Shown here piece by piece: positions 1 to 9,434 of a stretch of DNA of 54,477 nucleotides (position 1 is its first letter; the number at the start of each line of letters is the position of its first letter). Location: contig MWEJ01000002.1 in NCBI GenBank assembly GCA_002071025.1, positions 1-54,477 on the forward strand. The letters run 5' to 3'. The DNA comes from Verrucomicrobia bacterium ADurb.Bin070. Lineage in GTDB: Bacteria; Verrucomicrobiota; Kiritimatiellia; RFP12; UBA1067. The position numbers were made by a program, and so were the translations under genes. The notes under the pieces are model-generated. The model made no database searches, had not been told where the DNA came from, and worked only from the letters and a program-made list of their open reading frames with translations.

Positions 1-924
1 GACATGGATCGCCGGGCTGCCGTATTTGAAACGCGCGGCCTGCTTCGGCGTCAGCTCGGAGTACTCGATCATGCCAGTGCGTCCGTTATCGAGCAGCGAC
101 ACTGCACCCATCTTTTCTGTCGGCGAATTCTTGAGGCAAAGTTTCAGCGACAGCTCGGCGCCGCAAAGCGCGTGGAGGCCGATAAAAGCGGGATCGGCGA
201 TGTCAACCAACGGGTTGTCCACCTGAAAATAGAAGACGCTGCGGATGCCCCGCGCGGTCATGTCGTCCAGGCAGCCGTTTTTGGCCAGCGCGGTCAATGT
301 GCCGCCATGTCCGTCCGGACTCACAAAGATTCGTCCCGGCGCTTCCAGAATCAACCGGCCCTCGGCATCCAGTGCGGGCCACACCCCCTGCTTGAAAAAG
401 ATCACATCGGCCGGATTTAGCCCGAAATAGTCGTGGTCCTCGAAACAGGCGCGCGTTGCGGCATCGTTCACATCGCTCGTCATGATGTAGAACGGCACGG
501 GTTTGCCGTACAGGCGGACGAGTCTGACGATTTTGCGCGCGTGAAAATAAAAGAGCGGCATACCCGAGACCGGACCGATCCCGTACGCGCCCTTTGGCCC
601 GTCGTACCCCAGCCGCGAGCCCTGGCCGCCCGCCACCAGCAACACCGCCACGCGCCCCTTGCGCAACTGCGCTTCGCCCTCGGCAAAAGCCTCGCCATAG
701 GTGCGCCGGCTCCACTTCACGACGGGCGCCGGACGCGGCGTCACGGCGGCCGCCACGTTCCTGCCGGCCAACATACGCTTCATGCGGGCGACTTCACCGA
801 AATCAATCTCGTCGATCTGAGCCAGCAACGCGTCGCGTTCCGCAGCGCCAAGTATGTCCCAAAAACGCAACACATGCGCCTGTCCGGCTTTCGCCAACTC
901 TTTTTTTGCCTGTTCAACTGTCAC
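1..924 (-). CDS. UDP-sugar pyrophosphorylase family protein (UAP1/UDPGP-like); C-terminus cut by window edge
   Basis: Absent from the ORF track because it runs off the window. Minus-strand translation from GTG at 924 (alternative GTG at 930) reads VTVEQAKKELAKAGQAHVLRFWDIL...GRVAVLLVAGGQGSRLGYDGPKGAYGI...FVSPDGHGG...YFQVDNPLVD with no stop down to position 1. The AGGQGSRLG, PDGHGG and VDN blocks are typical of the UDP-GlcNAc/UDP-glucose pyrophosphorylase type-1 family. Confidence 0.75.
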   Translation of the reverse strand, partial: MTVEQAKKELAKAGQAHVLRFWDILGAAERDALLAQIDEIDFGEVARMKRMLAGRNVAAAVTPRPAPVVKWSRRTYGEAFAEGEAQLRKGRVAVLLVAGGQGSRLGYDGPKGAYGIGPVSGMPLFYFHARKIVRLVRLYGKPVPFYIMTSDVNDAATRACFEDHDYFGLNPADVIFFKQGVWPALDAEGRLILEAPGRIFVSPDGHGGTLTALAKNGCLDDMTARGIRSVFYFQVDNPLVDIADPAFIGLHALCGAELSLKLCLKNSPTEKMGAVSLLDNGRTGMIEYSELTPKQAARFKYGSPAIHV

Positions 925-950
925 GCGCACATCACCTTTCCATCATGCCG

Positions 951-2075
951 TCAGTGTGCTTTCAAGGCATTCTGCCTGAGATACGCCTCGATGAACGGTT
1001 GGATGCGCCCGTCCATCACCCCCTGCACGTTTGACGTCTGCTCATCCGTGCGGTGGTCCTTCACCATCGTGTAGGGCTGGAACACGTAGGAGCGGATCTG
1101 GCTGCCCCATGCGATCTCTCCCTTTTCGCCGTAAAAACGCTCCATCTCCTTGCGCTTCTTGTCTTCGTAGTATTCGTACAGCTTGGCCTTCAGCATGCTC
1201 ATGGCCTTGGATTTGTTTTTGTGCTGCGAACGCTCCGACTGAACGGCGACCACGATGCCGGTCTCCAAATGGGTCAACCGCACCGCCGAATCGGTCTTGT
1301 TCACATGCTGACCGCCCGCGCCGCCCGACCGGTAGGTGTCGATCCGCAGGTCCTCGTCCTTGATCTCCACCTCGATTTCGTCCGTCAGTTCGGCGACCAC
1401 ATCCAACGACGAGAAGGAGGTGTGACGCCGTTTGTTGGCGTCGAACGGGCTGATGCGCACCAGACGGTGCACGCCGCGCTCCGCTTTCAGATACCCGTAG
1501 GCATACGGCCCGGTGACCAGAAATGTGACCGACTTCAGCCCCGCCTCTTCCCCCGGTTGCGAGTCGAGCACCTCGATCTCGAAACCGTTGTCCTCGCAGT
1601 ACATCCGGTACATCCGAAAGAGCATGTCGGCCCAATCGCAGGATTCCGTGCCACCCGCGCCGGAATGGAGCGTGAGGAAGGCGTTGCAGGCATCCAGCTT
1701 GCCGCCGAGCAGCGACTGCAGCCGCAGCTTCGACATCATCACGTCAGCCCGGTCGAACATGAGCACCAATTCAGCCAGGGCCTGCTGACGCTGGTCGCCT
1801 TCGTCTTCAGCCGCCGCCAGCTCAAGCATCACCTCGCCGTCTTCAATGAGGCGCATCAACTCGTCGAACGGCTTCACAAACGCGCGTTGGGCATTGGTCT
1901 TGCCGATGACCTCCTTGGCAGCGTTTGCATCATTCCAAAAGTCAGGCCGGGCCGCGCACTCTTCGAGTTCCTCGAGAATCACGCGACGGTTCGCGATGTC
2001 CAGGTACCCGCACATCTCCGCAAGCCCTTCACGCATCATCGCCAAACGTTCTTTCACATCATCGAATTCAATCAC
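951..2075 (-). CDS. prfB: peptide chain release factor 2
   Basis: 374 aa. Contains the SPF tripeptide (RISPFD) and GGQ (SGGAGGQHVNKTDSAVR), and the length is typical of RF2. It is one continuous frame with no internal UGA frameshift site. Confidence 0.95.
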   Translation of the reverse strand: MIEFDDVKERLAMMREGLAEMCGYLDIANRRVILEELEECAARPDFWNDANAAKEVIGKTNAQRAFVKPFDELMRLIEDGEVMLELAAAEDEGDQRQQALAELVLMFDRADVMMSKLRLQSLLGGKLDACNAFLTLHSGAGGTESCDWADMLFRMYRMYCEDNGFEIEVLDSQPGEEAGLKSVTFLVTGPYAYGYLKAERGVHRLVRISPFDANKRRHTSFSSLDVVAELTDEIEVEIKDEDLRIDTYRSGGAGGQHVNKTDSAVRLTHLETGIVVAVQSERSQHKNKSKAMSMLKAKLYEYYEDKKRKEMERFYGEKGEIAWGSQIRSYVFQPYTMVKDHRTDEQTSNVQGVMDGRIQPFIEAYLRQNALKAH

Positions 2076-2254
2076 AACAGCCTACCTTGCTCAAAAAAAA
2101 GAGTGGTCGCAACTATATCTTTTTTAATGCACGCTCGCAAGCACGCTTCCCACAACAGTTTCCTCTTGTAGCAACCAACCGTACCTTGCGGACCCCGTTC
2201 TCCCGCGTTTTCTGCGTGTGAGTTCCCGTACAAATCCGCTATACTCTCCGCGTC

Positions 2255-3349
2255 ATGACGAAATCGCTGCATGAATGTTTCCACCTTCCGAATCCCCGCC
2301 TGCCCCTGCTGTTCCTGGCTCCTATGGCCGGCTACACCCATGCCCCGATGCGCCGCCTGTGCCGACAGCACGGTGCCGCGCTCACGTATACCGAAATGAC
2401 GAATGACCTCGGCCTGCTGCATGCGTCCGACAAAACCTGGCACCTGCTCGAAACCTTTGAAGACGAGGGCCCCGTCGTGGCCCACCTCTACGGCTCCGAT
2501 CCTGTATCTCTGTCCGAGGCCGCCGCACGGGTCGAACAGACCGGACGCTTCGCTGGCATTGACCTTAACGCGGGGTGCCCGGTCCGCAAAATCACTGCGA
2601 ACGGCGCTGGCGCCGCTCTGATTCATGATCCCCGCCGCATTCATGCCATTCTCGCCGCCATGCGCCGCGCCGTCCGTTTGCCGTTGACTTTGAAGACACG
2701 CCTCGGGCCGTGCCCGGACCGCGTCGCAATCTTTGAAATCCTCGACGCCGCCGAGCAGGCCGGCGCCGACGCCCTCGCGCTGCACGGGCGCTTCACCTCG
2801 CAAGGCCATGGCGGTCCCGTGCATCTCGACCTGCTGGCCGAGGTCAAACAACGCGCGCGCCTCCCGATCATCGGCAACGGCGGCGTCACGTCGCCGCGAG
2901 ACGCCTGGCACATGCTGCAGGAGACCCGTGTCGACGCCGTCATGATCGCCCGCGCGGCGATCGGCAACCCCTGGATCTTTGAGGACACGCAGGCAGCGCT
3001 GGCCTGCGGCAACGAGCCCCCCGCAACCGCCTTTGCCGGCGCGCGCCCGCGCCGTGACCTCACGGAGATCCGCAACGCGCTGGAAACGCACATGGCGGCC
3101 GAAGTTGAACTGATCGAACGTATCCGCGAACGCTACGCGCTGCCCCGCAATGCGGCGGAGACAGACGAAACGCTGGCTACGACCTTCCGCTGCCATCTCT
3201 TCCGCTATCTGCACGGGCTCAAGGGCTCGTCGTACGTGCGAGCCCGCCTGCACGAACTTCAAACGCTCGATGCGATCCGAGCCGCCGTCGCAAGCTGTCT
3301 CGAACGTGAAGCCGCCTACCGCGCATCGGCACCGGATACGCAACGCTGA
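2255..3349 (+). CDS. tRNA-dihydrouridine synthase (Dus family)
   Basis: 364 aa. Motifs LAPMAGYTHAPMRRL, IDLNAGCPVRK, ALHGRF and GNGG follow the Dus TIM-barrel FMN pattern. ATG at 2255 is preceded by TATACT at about 2240. Confidence 0.85.
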   Translation: MTKSLHECFHLPNPRLPLLFLAPMAGYTHAPMRRLCRQHGAALTYTEMTNDLGLLHASDKTWHLLETFEDEGPVVAHLYGSDPVSLSEAAARVEQTGRFAGIDLNAGCPVRKITANGAGAALIHDPRRIHAILAAMRRAVRLPLTLKTRLGPCPDRVAIFEILDAAEQAGADALALHGRFTSQGHGGPVHLDLLAEVKQRARLPIIGNGGVTSPRDAWHMLQETRVDAVMIARAAIGNPWIFEDTQAALACGNEPPATAFAGARPRRDLTEIRNALETHMAAEVELIERIRERYALPRNAAETDETLATTFRCHLFRYLHGLKGSSYVRARLHELQTLDAIRAAVASCLEREAAYRASAPDTQR

Positions 3350-3370
3350 GCGCGGCTGCCGTGCGCCGGC

Positions 3371-5308
3371 TCACCGCGCGCCGAGCGTCACCCGCACCAT
3401 CACAGGATCCAGCGGATCGAGCCGGAACGCCAGCCGGCCGCCTTTTAAGATTCGCGGCGCCTGACCGAACTCCGCATGAAGTCCCGAAACCCCTCCCTCG
3501 ACCGTGACCTCGGCATCCGCCGGCACCGTGTCGCCGTTCACAGCCAGCAGGTAAAGATGCTGCCCCATGCGCCATGCGCGCGTTTCCACGGCTGCAGGCC
3601 CCTTGCAAGCCAGTTGCGGCAACGGTTCAACCGAGAGCAGGACCGGGATGTAACGCTTGATTTCTGCGCCCATCGCGCAGATGTCTGACCAGCGCCGCTC
3701 AAACGGATCGCGCTCGTGCATCTTGAACAGGTCAAAAAAGGAATAGAAGACCAATCCGTTCGCCCCGGCAGCCACGCACTGCCATGCCATGGCGCGCATC
3801 TCGGCCAATGTCGGCGCGCGCGTCTTTTCGCGGGCAGCACCCTTGCGGTACGCCCCCCAATCGAAGACTTGGGGCACCTGCCACACAGCCCGCGTGCGGA
3901 ACGTGAGGTCACGCGTGTCGCGCGTCCACTGCAACGCCGTGCCAACCGGCTTGTCCGGCAGCGGGTACGGATCGGTGCCGATCACATCAAAGGTGGGCAG
4001 GTAGGCGTCCACCTGGTTGTATTGATAGAGAACAACCCACGTGGGATGGTCCGGATCAAGTTCCTCCATCAACGACTGGCGGGCGGCGAGCCGATCGACC
4101 ATCGAGAGCGGCAGCTCGTCATTGATATACCACGCTATCAGTGCGGGATGCCTGCCATGCAACGCCACACGCCTCCGGATCTCCGCCCGCTCATCCTCCT
4201 CGGTCTTCATGGATGCGGGTGCCCAGCGCGTGCCTGAATAGTAATCTTTGATCGAGTAAAGCACCTTGAGGTTACGGGCCTGGCAGGCATCCATCTGATT
4301 CGTTGTCGGACTGCCGTACGGCATCAGACAGTTGAAGGGGCTCTTGGCATAAAGATCCAAATCATTCTCTTTGATGCCGCTCCAATACATCCCGAGCGGA
4401 AAAAAGGGCTGCCCCTCCACAATCAGCCGCTGGTGCGCGTCGATGAACACGCGCCGCTTGGGCAGCGTTTCGACACGCGAAAACCGCGTCTGAGCACTGC
4501 TGCAGGACTTCCCATCGCGCGCGGTCAAGGCGAAACGCACCGTGTAAGCGCCGACCGGCAACGTCCGAGCGTCCAGCGTGCACGCGGCATGCCGCGCGGT
4601 CAATGTCGTGGGCGCCAAGCGTTTCACCGTCCGGCCGTCGCCCGATTCAACACTGAACAGCCCGGTAACCTCTGAAGGCGCCACGCCCGACTCGTCCAGC
4701 GCGAGCACCGCATGCAAGGAAACCGGCCCTTCCGCCGCAACATGGCGATAACTGGAAAGGCTCACGGCTCGGACCAGCGGCGGCACGTGCCGCGTCACCT
4801 TGAGATCGTCGAACCACGCCTTGCCGGTCATGCCGCGGCGCACATACGGCGCAAGGCTGACGCGCGTGGCGTTGGTGGGGATCATCCGCGTGAAACCGTG
4901 AACGCGCTGCCAGCCCTCGCTCGTTCCGCGCACGCCCTCGGCATATGCTCCACCCAGATAACGGCTGCCGTCATACCACTCCATGCAGACCGTCGCCCCC
5001 GACTCCTCGCCTGAAAGACCTTCGGTCCTGACCCACCCTTCATAGGCATAGCAGCACCCGCGCTGCAGATCCAGCGCTTGCGTCGGAAACGAGTAGAAAG
5101 AGGGATCGCTGTTCTCGAACACCAGTCCGCGCGTACCCTCGCGCCCGGCGCCGTCCGCAAAACGATACACCGGTTTCCGTTCGTTCCAACTCACGGTGGC
5201 ACCGGAAGGCTCCGTCTCCTCGAAGCCAGGGTTTCGCACGAGATTCTCCTGCCCGCCGCAGCAGACGAACGCCGCCGCCATTCCCGCCAGCCCAAAACTG
5301 CGCACCAT
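3371..5308 (-). CDS. exported putative glycoside hydrolase with N-terminal carbohydrate-binding-module-like domain (probable lipoprotein)
   Basis: ORF-track frame 3371..5377. Start moved to ATG 5308, which follows GAGAAGGGGG plus 5 nt. N-terminus MVRSFGLAGMAAAFVCCGG resembles a lipoprotein signal. NLVRNPGFEE...W... is CBM4/9-like. The C-terminal half (HPALIAWYINDELP, DVIGTDPYP) resembles a clan GH-A TIM barrel. The family is not identifiable by eye. Confidence 0.5.
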   Translation of the reverse strand: MVRSFGLAGMAAAFVCCGGQENLVRNPGFEETEPSGATVSWNERKPVYRFADGAGREGTRGLVFENSDPSFYSFPTQALDLQRGCCYAYEGWVRTEGLSGEESGATVCMEWYDGSRYLGGAYAEGVRGTSEGWQRVHGFTRMIPTNATRVSLAPYVRRGMTGKAWFDDLKVTRHVPPLVRAVSLSSYRHVAAEGPVSLHAVLALDESGVAPSEVTGLFSVESGDGRTVKRLAPTTLTARHAACTLDARTLPVGAYTVRFALTARDGKSCSSAQTRFSRVETLPKRRVFIDAHQRLIVEGQPFFPLGMYWSGIKENDLDLYAKSPFNCLMPYGSPTTNQMDACQARNLKVLYSIKDYYSGTRWAPASMKTEEDERAEIRRRVALHGRHPALIAWYINDELPLSMVDRLAARQSLMEELDPDHPTWVVLYQYNQVDAYLPTFDVIGTDPYPLPDKPVGTALQWTRDTRDLTFRTRAVWQVPQVFDWGAYRKGAAREKTRAPTLAEMRAMAWQCVAAGANGLVFYSFFDLFKMHERDPFERRWSDICAMGAEIKRYIPVLLSVEPLPQLACKGPAAVETRAWRMGQHLYLLAVNGDTVPADAEVTVEGGVSGLHAEFGQAPRILKGGRLAFRLDPLDPVMVRVTLGAR

Positions 5309-5360
5309 ATAGGCCCCCTTCTCCAGTTTACCCAATACGCCAACGATACCCGGCGGCCGC

Positions 5361-6779
5361 TCATCGAAGCGCCGCACACACCTTCACGCCAAAGATCTCT
5401 TTGTTCAGATATTCGTCGAGCGCGACGACCGTCACATCACCCGGCGCAAGCGCACGAACCGTGCCGCTGGCGTCGACGGACGCGCGGTCGCGGCGAAACG
5501 TCCAATACTGGTCCGGCATTGCGGCTTGGCTGTCGGTGTGCGCACCGTCTCCGTCGTAACAGAACCACGTGACCGCGCCTTTAAGCCTTTCTGCGGCGAA
5601 CGCCCGGGTGTTGCCGACTGCCACGGAGACGGGCTTGACGTGAAAGACGCGATCCTGCCCGCCGCCGACGCGCGTCGTGTAGAGTAACCCGTGCGCGGGA
5701 TCAACCTGAATGACATCGAACGTCTGCTCGAAAACCGTACCGGCCTTCTTTTCCGGCAACACGCCCGCAAACGGCGTCCGCGCGATGTAGTCGCGATAGG
5801 CCGCGTCACACGCTTCCGTCACATGCAGGATGCCCTTGTAATAGTTCACGCGGTCGCTGTGGTGATGGCCCGTCAGATCGAGAAGGATCGTGCCGCGCGC
5901 ATCCGAAAAATCATAATCGCGGCCGCTGAGCGACACGCGTCCTCTGTTCTGGTAGGCTTCCAAGAGCTGGCGGAAGTCCGCGAACCTTTTCACTTCGCTA
6001 TCCGATGCCGTGATAGGCGCCAGCGGAATATGGTGGATCACGACGACTGAGTAGCCGTCCGGCACAGTGGCAAGCGCTCTTTCGGCCAGCCACGCGAGCT
6101 GCGTTGCGCCGATGACATATTTGACGCCCCAATAGACACGCGGGTCATCGCTTGCAGCGTCCGACGTATCCGCCACCACATAGCGGATCTTCGCCGCGGC
6201 ATCGTCGGCATAGTAATAGCAGGCTGTCGGGGCGTCATCGTTGGTCACCGCCGCGCGGCAACCGTTCGCCGTCATGTAGAAGTCCCTCGCCGTTTGCGAC
6301 GAATAGGTCCATCCGTCTGTGGAGGTGCGGCTCGTGCGGATCGTAAAATCGTGGTTACCCTTGGCGTTGAAAAGCATGCCGCCGGCCTGCTGGATCGGAG
6401 CCGACCAGAATTGGTTATACTGCGCCATCTCTGCGTCGAGGTCGTCCTTTGTACCGAACGCGGACGGAATGTCACCGCCACAAAACACCTTGTTCAACCC
6501 CGTGAGGCGTATCAACTCGGCGATAAGCCGTCCAGAGAAACGTTTGTTCGCGTTGACATGCGGATCGGTGAAGAAGAAAAAGCCGTCCGCGACGCCGGGC
6601 GTATTTTTGAGCGTTCGGATCTTCTCCGCGAGGCCGGCCACGTAAGAGCAATAATACTCAGGAAGCGGATCTGACACCACCCCTGCCCTACCCCCCGCCC
6701 AACCCACCGCCGCGAACGCCGAACCGCCGGCGAGAAACGACCGGCGTTTCAACGCCATGTACCCACTCGTATCTGACAT
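5361..6779 (-). CDS. Tat-exported metallophosphoesterase with C-terminal bacterial Ig-like (Big_2-like) domain
   Basis: ORF-track frame 5361..6977. Likely start is ATG 6779 (MSDTSGYMALKRRSFLAGGSAFAA, a twin-arginine signal) or ATG 6758. Calcineurin-like motifs FFFFTDPHV, GGDI, KGNHD, VVIHHIP and GHHHSD are present. The C-terminus ASGTVRALAPGDVTVVA is Big_2-like. Confidence 0.75.
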   Translation of the reverse strand: MSDTSGYMALKRRSFLAGGSAFAAVGWAGGRAGVVSDPLPEYYCSYVAGLAEKIRTLKNTPGVADGFFFFTDPHVNANKRFSGRLIAELIRLTGLNKVFCGGDIPSAFGTKDDLDAEMAQYNQFWSAPIQQAGGMLFNAKGNHDFTIRTSRTSTDGWTYSSQTARDFYMTANGCRAAVTNDDAPTACYYYADDAAAKIRYVVADTSDAASDDPRVYWGVKYVIGATQLAWLAERALATVPDGYSVVVIHHIPLAPITASDSEVKRFADFRQLLEAYQNRGRVSLSGRDYDFSDARGTILLDLTGHHHSDRVNYYKGILHVTEACDAAYRDYIARTPFAGVLPEKKAGTVFEQTFDVIQVDPAHGLLYTTRVGGGQDRVFHVKPVSVAVGNTRAFAAERLKGAVTWFCYDGDGAHTDSQAAMPDQYWTFRRDRASVDASGTVRALAPGDVTVVALDEYLNKEIFGVKVCAALR

Positions 6780-6982
6780 GTTTTGAAGCCCCACCGATGA
6801 ATGATGCAATGAGAACCGCATCCTCAGCCGCGTCAAACGACGCTCAAACCAAGACATTGTGGCACAGGCATCGGGAATGTTCAAGCGCCCCTGGCCTCTG
6901 CATTTCGCCCACAACGATGAGTTGCCGATCTTGCGGCAAGACGGTATGCTCATTGTCACATGATGCAAGGAGCACACATCTC

Positions 6983-7990
6983 ATGACCGCTCCGGCCACG
7001 CCATCGCGCGCGCAACGCAACCGGAGTCGGGCCGTCCGTGCAGGCCTGCTGCTTGTGATGTGCGTCGCAGCGCTGGCTGCTGTTGAAGGCGTCGCTCGCC
7101 ATCTGGGCGGTCGCTCGCTGACGGCCCGGCTCATTCCGCCGCTCCGCTACGAGCGCGTACGCCTGTGCGGCGCTGCTGCCAGCGGTACCGTTCTGGACGC
7201 CGGAGGCGGTTGGCTGAATGAAGGCAAACGCACCGAGATCCTGATCTGTTCGCGCTGGAACGGGAGCGCCTGGGAGCGTCCCGCCGACATCACGATCCGC
7301 AACGCCAAGCTTCGCGGCGCGATCCGCATCACCGGCATGGGACGCAACGGCCAAGGCGCCGCCGTGCGCGCCTCGTCCCGCACAGAGGGCCACACCGCGC
7401 GCGCGCAGGCGGCGGCACCGACCCGCGTCACGATCAGCAACGTCTGGATCGAAGCCGATGGACGCATTCCGATCTATCTCGCGCCGGGCGTCACGCATGT
7501 CACCGTCGAGGCGTGCGTCATCACCGGCCGCAGCCGCTCGGTCGCCTTCTATTTCGATGCGGAAAGCGGGCGCAACACCCTACGCGGCAACACCTTTGCC
7601 GCACGGGTGGCTCGCGAGGCGGTTGCCGTCGACGGTTCGGCCGGAAACCGCATCGTTGGCAATGTGTTCACGAGTATGCCGCTGGGCGGCATCTACCTTT
7701 ACCGCAATTGCGGCGAGGGCGGCACGGTGCGCCACCAGACGCCCAACGGCAACATCCTGGCGGACAACCGCTTCATGACGCGGGGGCTCGCCCGGTGCGC
7801 CTACGGCATCTGGCTGGGGTCGCGCAACGGGCGGCGCGCCTACTGCGGCTGCGACGCGGGCTACCCGTTCGGCAGCAGTCTCGACAACCGTGACTTCGCG
7901 GATGACAACATCGTCACGAACAACATGTTTACGCCGATGACGCCACGTGCCCTTCGCGATGACGGCAGCCACAACCGGATCGTGCTGTAA
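6983..7990 (+). CDS. membrane-anchored right-handed parallel beta-helix repeat protein
   Basis: ORF-track frame 6797..7990. Start moved to ATG 6983, which has AAGGAG at 6967-6972. It has an N-terminal hydrophobic anchor (AGLLLVMCVAALAAV). Repeated GN-x-F / N-x-I-x-GN turns (LRGNTFAA, NRIVGNVF, NILADNRF, NIVTNNMF) are typical of beta-helix repeats. Confidence 0.6.
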   Translation: MTAPATPSRAQRNRSRAVRAGLLLVMCVAALAAVEGVARHLGGRSLTARLIPPLRYERVRLCGAAASGTVLDAGGGWLNEGKRTEILICSRWNGSAWERPADITIRNAKLRGAIRITGMGRNGQGAAVRASSRTEGHTARAQAAAPTRVTISNVWIEADGRIPIYLAPGVTHVTVEACVITGRSRSVAFYFDAESGRNTLRGNTFAARVAREAVAVDGSAGNRIVGNVFTSMPLGGIYLYRNCGEGGTVRHQTPNGNILADNRFMTRGLARCAYGIWLGSRNGRRAYCGCDAGYPFGSSLDNRDFADDNIVTNNMFTPMTPRALRDDGSHNRIVL

Positions 7991-8064
7991 CGGGCTCAAG
8001 AACTGTTATTCTCAGTTGAGCGAGCCAACGATTATGTTAAACTGTCCCATTTCAAGGGAAATAG

Positions 8065-9417
8065 ATGATTGTGACACGCAGACATTTTTCGCGCTCCTCG
8101 CTGGCTGCCTTGTTCGCCGCCGGGCAAGCCCCTTTCGTCGTGCGCGCGCAAGACGCGCGTCGGTTTCGCGTCGTCCTGATCGGCTCGGGCTGGTGGGGCA
8201 CCAACATTCTGAACACGGCGCTGGACACCGGCGTGTGTGACCTTGCCGCACTCTGCGATGTTGACGAACGCATGCTGGCGCTCTGCTGCGCGAATCTTGC
8301 GAAACGCGGCGTCGCCCCGCCCAAACTCTACAAAGATTTCCGCGAATGCCTCGCCTCCGAAAAGCCCGACATCGCCCTGATCGCCACGCCGGATCATTGG
8401 CACGCCCTGATCATGATCGAAGCGTGTCGGCAGGGTGCTCACGTCTACGTCGAAAAGCCCATCAGCCACACGATCCTCGAAGGGCGCGCCATGGTCAACG
8501 CCGCCGCGAAATACGGCCGTGTGGTTCAGGTCGGAACACACCGCCGCGCCTCGCCGCACAACCAAAGCGCGCGCGAATTCATCCGCTCCGGCAAGCTCGG
8601 CGCCATCGGACTGATCCGCTGCTTCATCACCTACGGCGGCGGCCCCGAGAAACCTTGGCGCAACAGCGAGCCGCCCAAGGGACTGGACTGGGACTTCTGG
8701 TGCGGCCCCGCCCCGTTGCGGCACCATTGCGGCGACATCCAGAACGCTTGGGGCGGCGGCCTCCACCCGCGCGGGTTCCGGAACTTCATGGACTACGCCA
8801 ACGGCCAGCTCGGTGACTGGGGTATCCATTGGCTCGACCAAGTGTTGTGGATCACCGACCTCAAGCACCCGGCTTCCTGCCACTCCGCCGGCGGCCGACC
8901 GATCCGCGGGCCGGTGATCCTGACCGACGAGGAACAGACCAGTGACGCACCGGACATGCAGGTCGCAACATGGCGTTTCGCCGAGGGCCCAACCGTCACG
9001 TGGGAGCACCGCCTCTTTGCGGGCAACCCTCACGAAAAGGGCGAAAATGTCGGCGTCTATTTTTACGGCCAAAAAGGCGTGTTTCATCTGGGTTGGACGC
9101 AGGGCTGGAGTTTTTATCCCTCAAACCGCAAGGAGCCGGTCATCCATGAAGACGCCGCGCTCAACCAACCGGACGGCCAGAACATCAAGGAACTCTTCGC
9201 AGACTTCCTGGATGCGATCCGCACCGACCGCAAGCCTCTTTGCGACATCGAAAGTGCTCATCGGGCCACGACCCTCTGCCTGCTCGGCAACATCTCCATG
9301 AAGCTCGGACGCAGCGTGATGTGGGAAGGTGAAAAAGAAACAACCGGCGACCCCGAGGCGGACAAGCTGCTGCGCCGCACTTACCGCGGCGCGTGGCAAT
9401 ATCCCGACGTTACTTAA
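8065..9417 (+). CDS. Tat-signal Gfo/Idh/MocA family oxidoreductase
   Basis: 450 aa. The twin-arginine signal is MIVTRRHFSRSSLAALFAAG. The Rossmann start is RVVLIGSGWWG. The EKP motif (VYVEKPISH) is characteristic of the Gfo/Idh/MocA family. Confidence 0.85.
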   Translation: MIVTRRHFSRSSLAALFAAGQAPFVVRAQDARRFRVVLIGSGWWGTNILNTALDTGVCDLAALCDVDERMLALCCANLAKRGVAPPKLYKDFRECLASEKPDIALIATPDHWHALIMIEACRQGAHVYVEKPISHTILEGRAMVNAAAKYGRVVQVGTHRRASPHNQSAREFIRSGKLGAIGLIRCFITYGGGPEKPWRNSEPPKGLDWDFWCGPAPLRHHCGDIQNAWGGGLHPRGFRNFMDYANGQLGDWGIHWLDQVLWITDLKHPASCHSAGGRPIRGPVILTDEEQTSDAPDMQVATWRFAEGPTVTWEHRLFAGNPHEKGENVGVYFYGQKGVFHLGWTQGWSFYPSNRKEPVIHEDAALNQPDGQNIKELFADFLDAIRTDRKPLCDIESAHRATTLCLLGNISMKLGRSVMWEGEKETTGDPEADKLLRRTYRGAWQYPDVT

Positions 9418-9434
9418 TTGAAATCGATCGCTCC

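Noticed and set aside
203-1074. ORF-track entries 4..420+, 203..715-, 433..1074+ and 594..1034+ at the left edge.
   Set aside because: Their translations are Arg/Ala/Pro-rich with no recognisable motifs. They overlap the minus-strand UDP-sugar pyrophosphorylase frame, which has clear family motifs. They are typical shadow ORFs of GC-rich coding DNA.
6780-6982. Upstream extensions of both divergent ORFs: 5361..6977 (minus) and 6797..7990 (plus).
   Set aside because: The extensions overlap each other, have no motifs, and precede clear signal or anchor sequences that have their own starts (ATG 6779; ATG 6983 with AAGGAG). This stretch is the divergent promoter spacer.
7991-8064. An imperfect hairpin GGCTC-AAGAACTG...CAGTTGAGC-GAGCC after the beta-helix gene.
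   Set aside because: The stem is interrupted by an internal loop and has no following T-tract, so it may not be a terminator. It is not reported as a feature.
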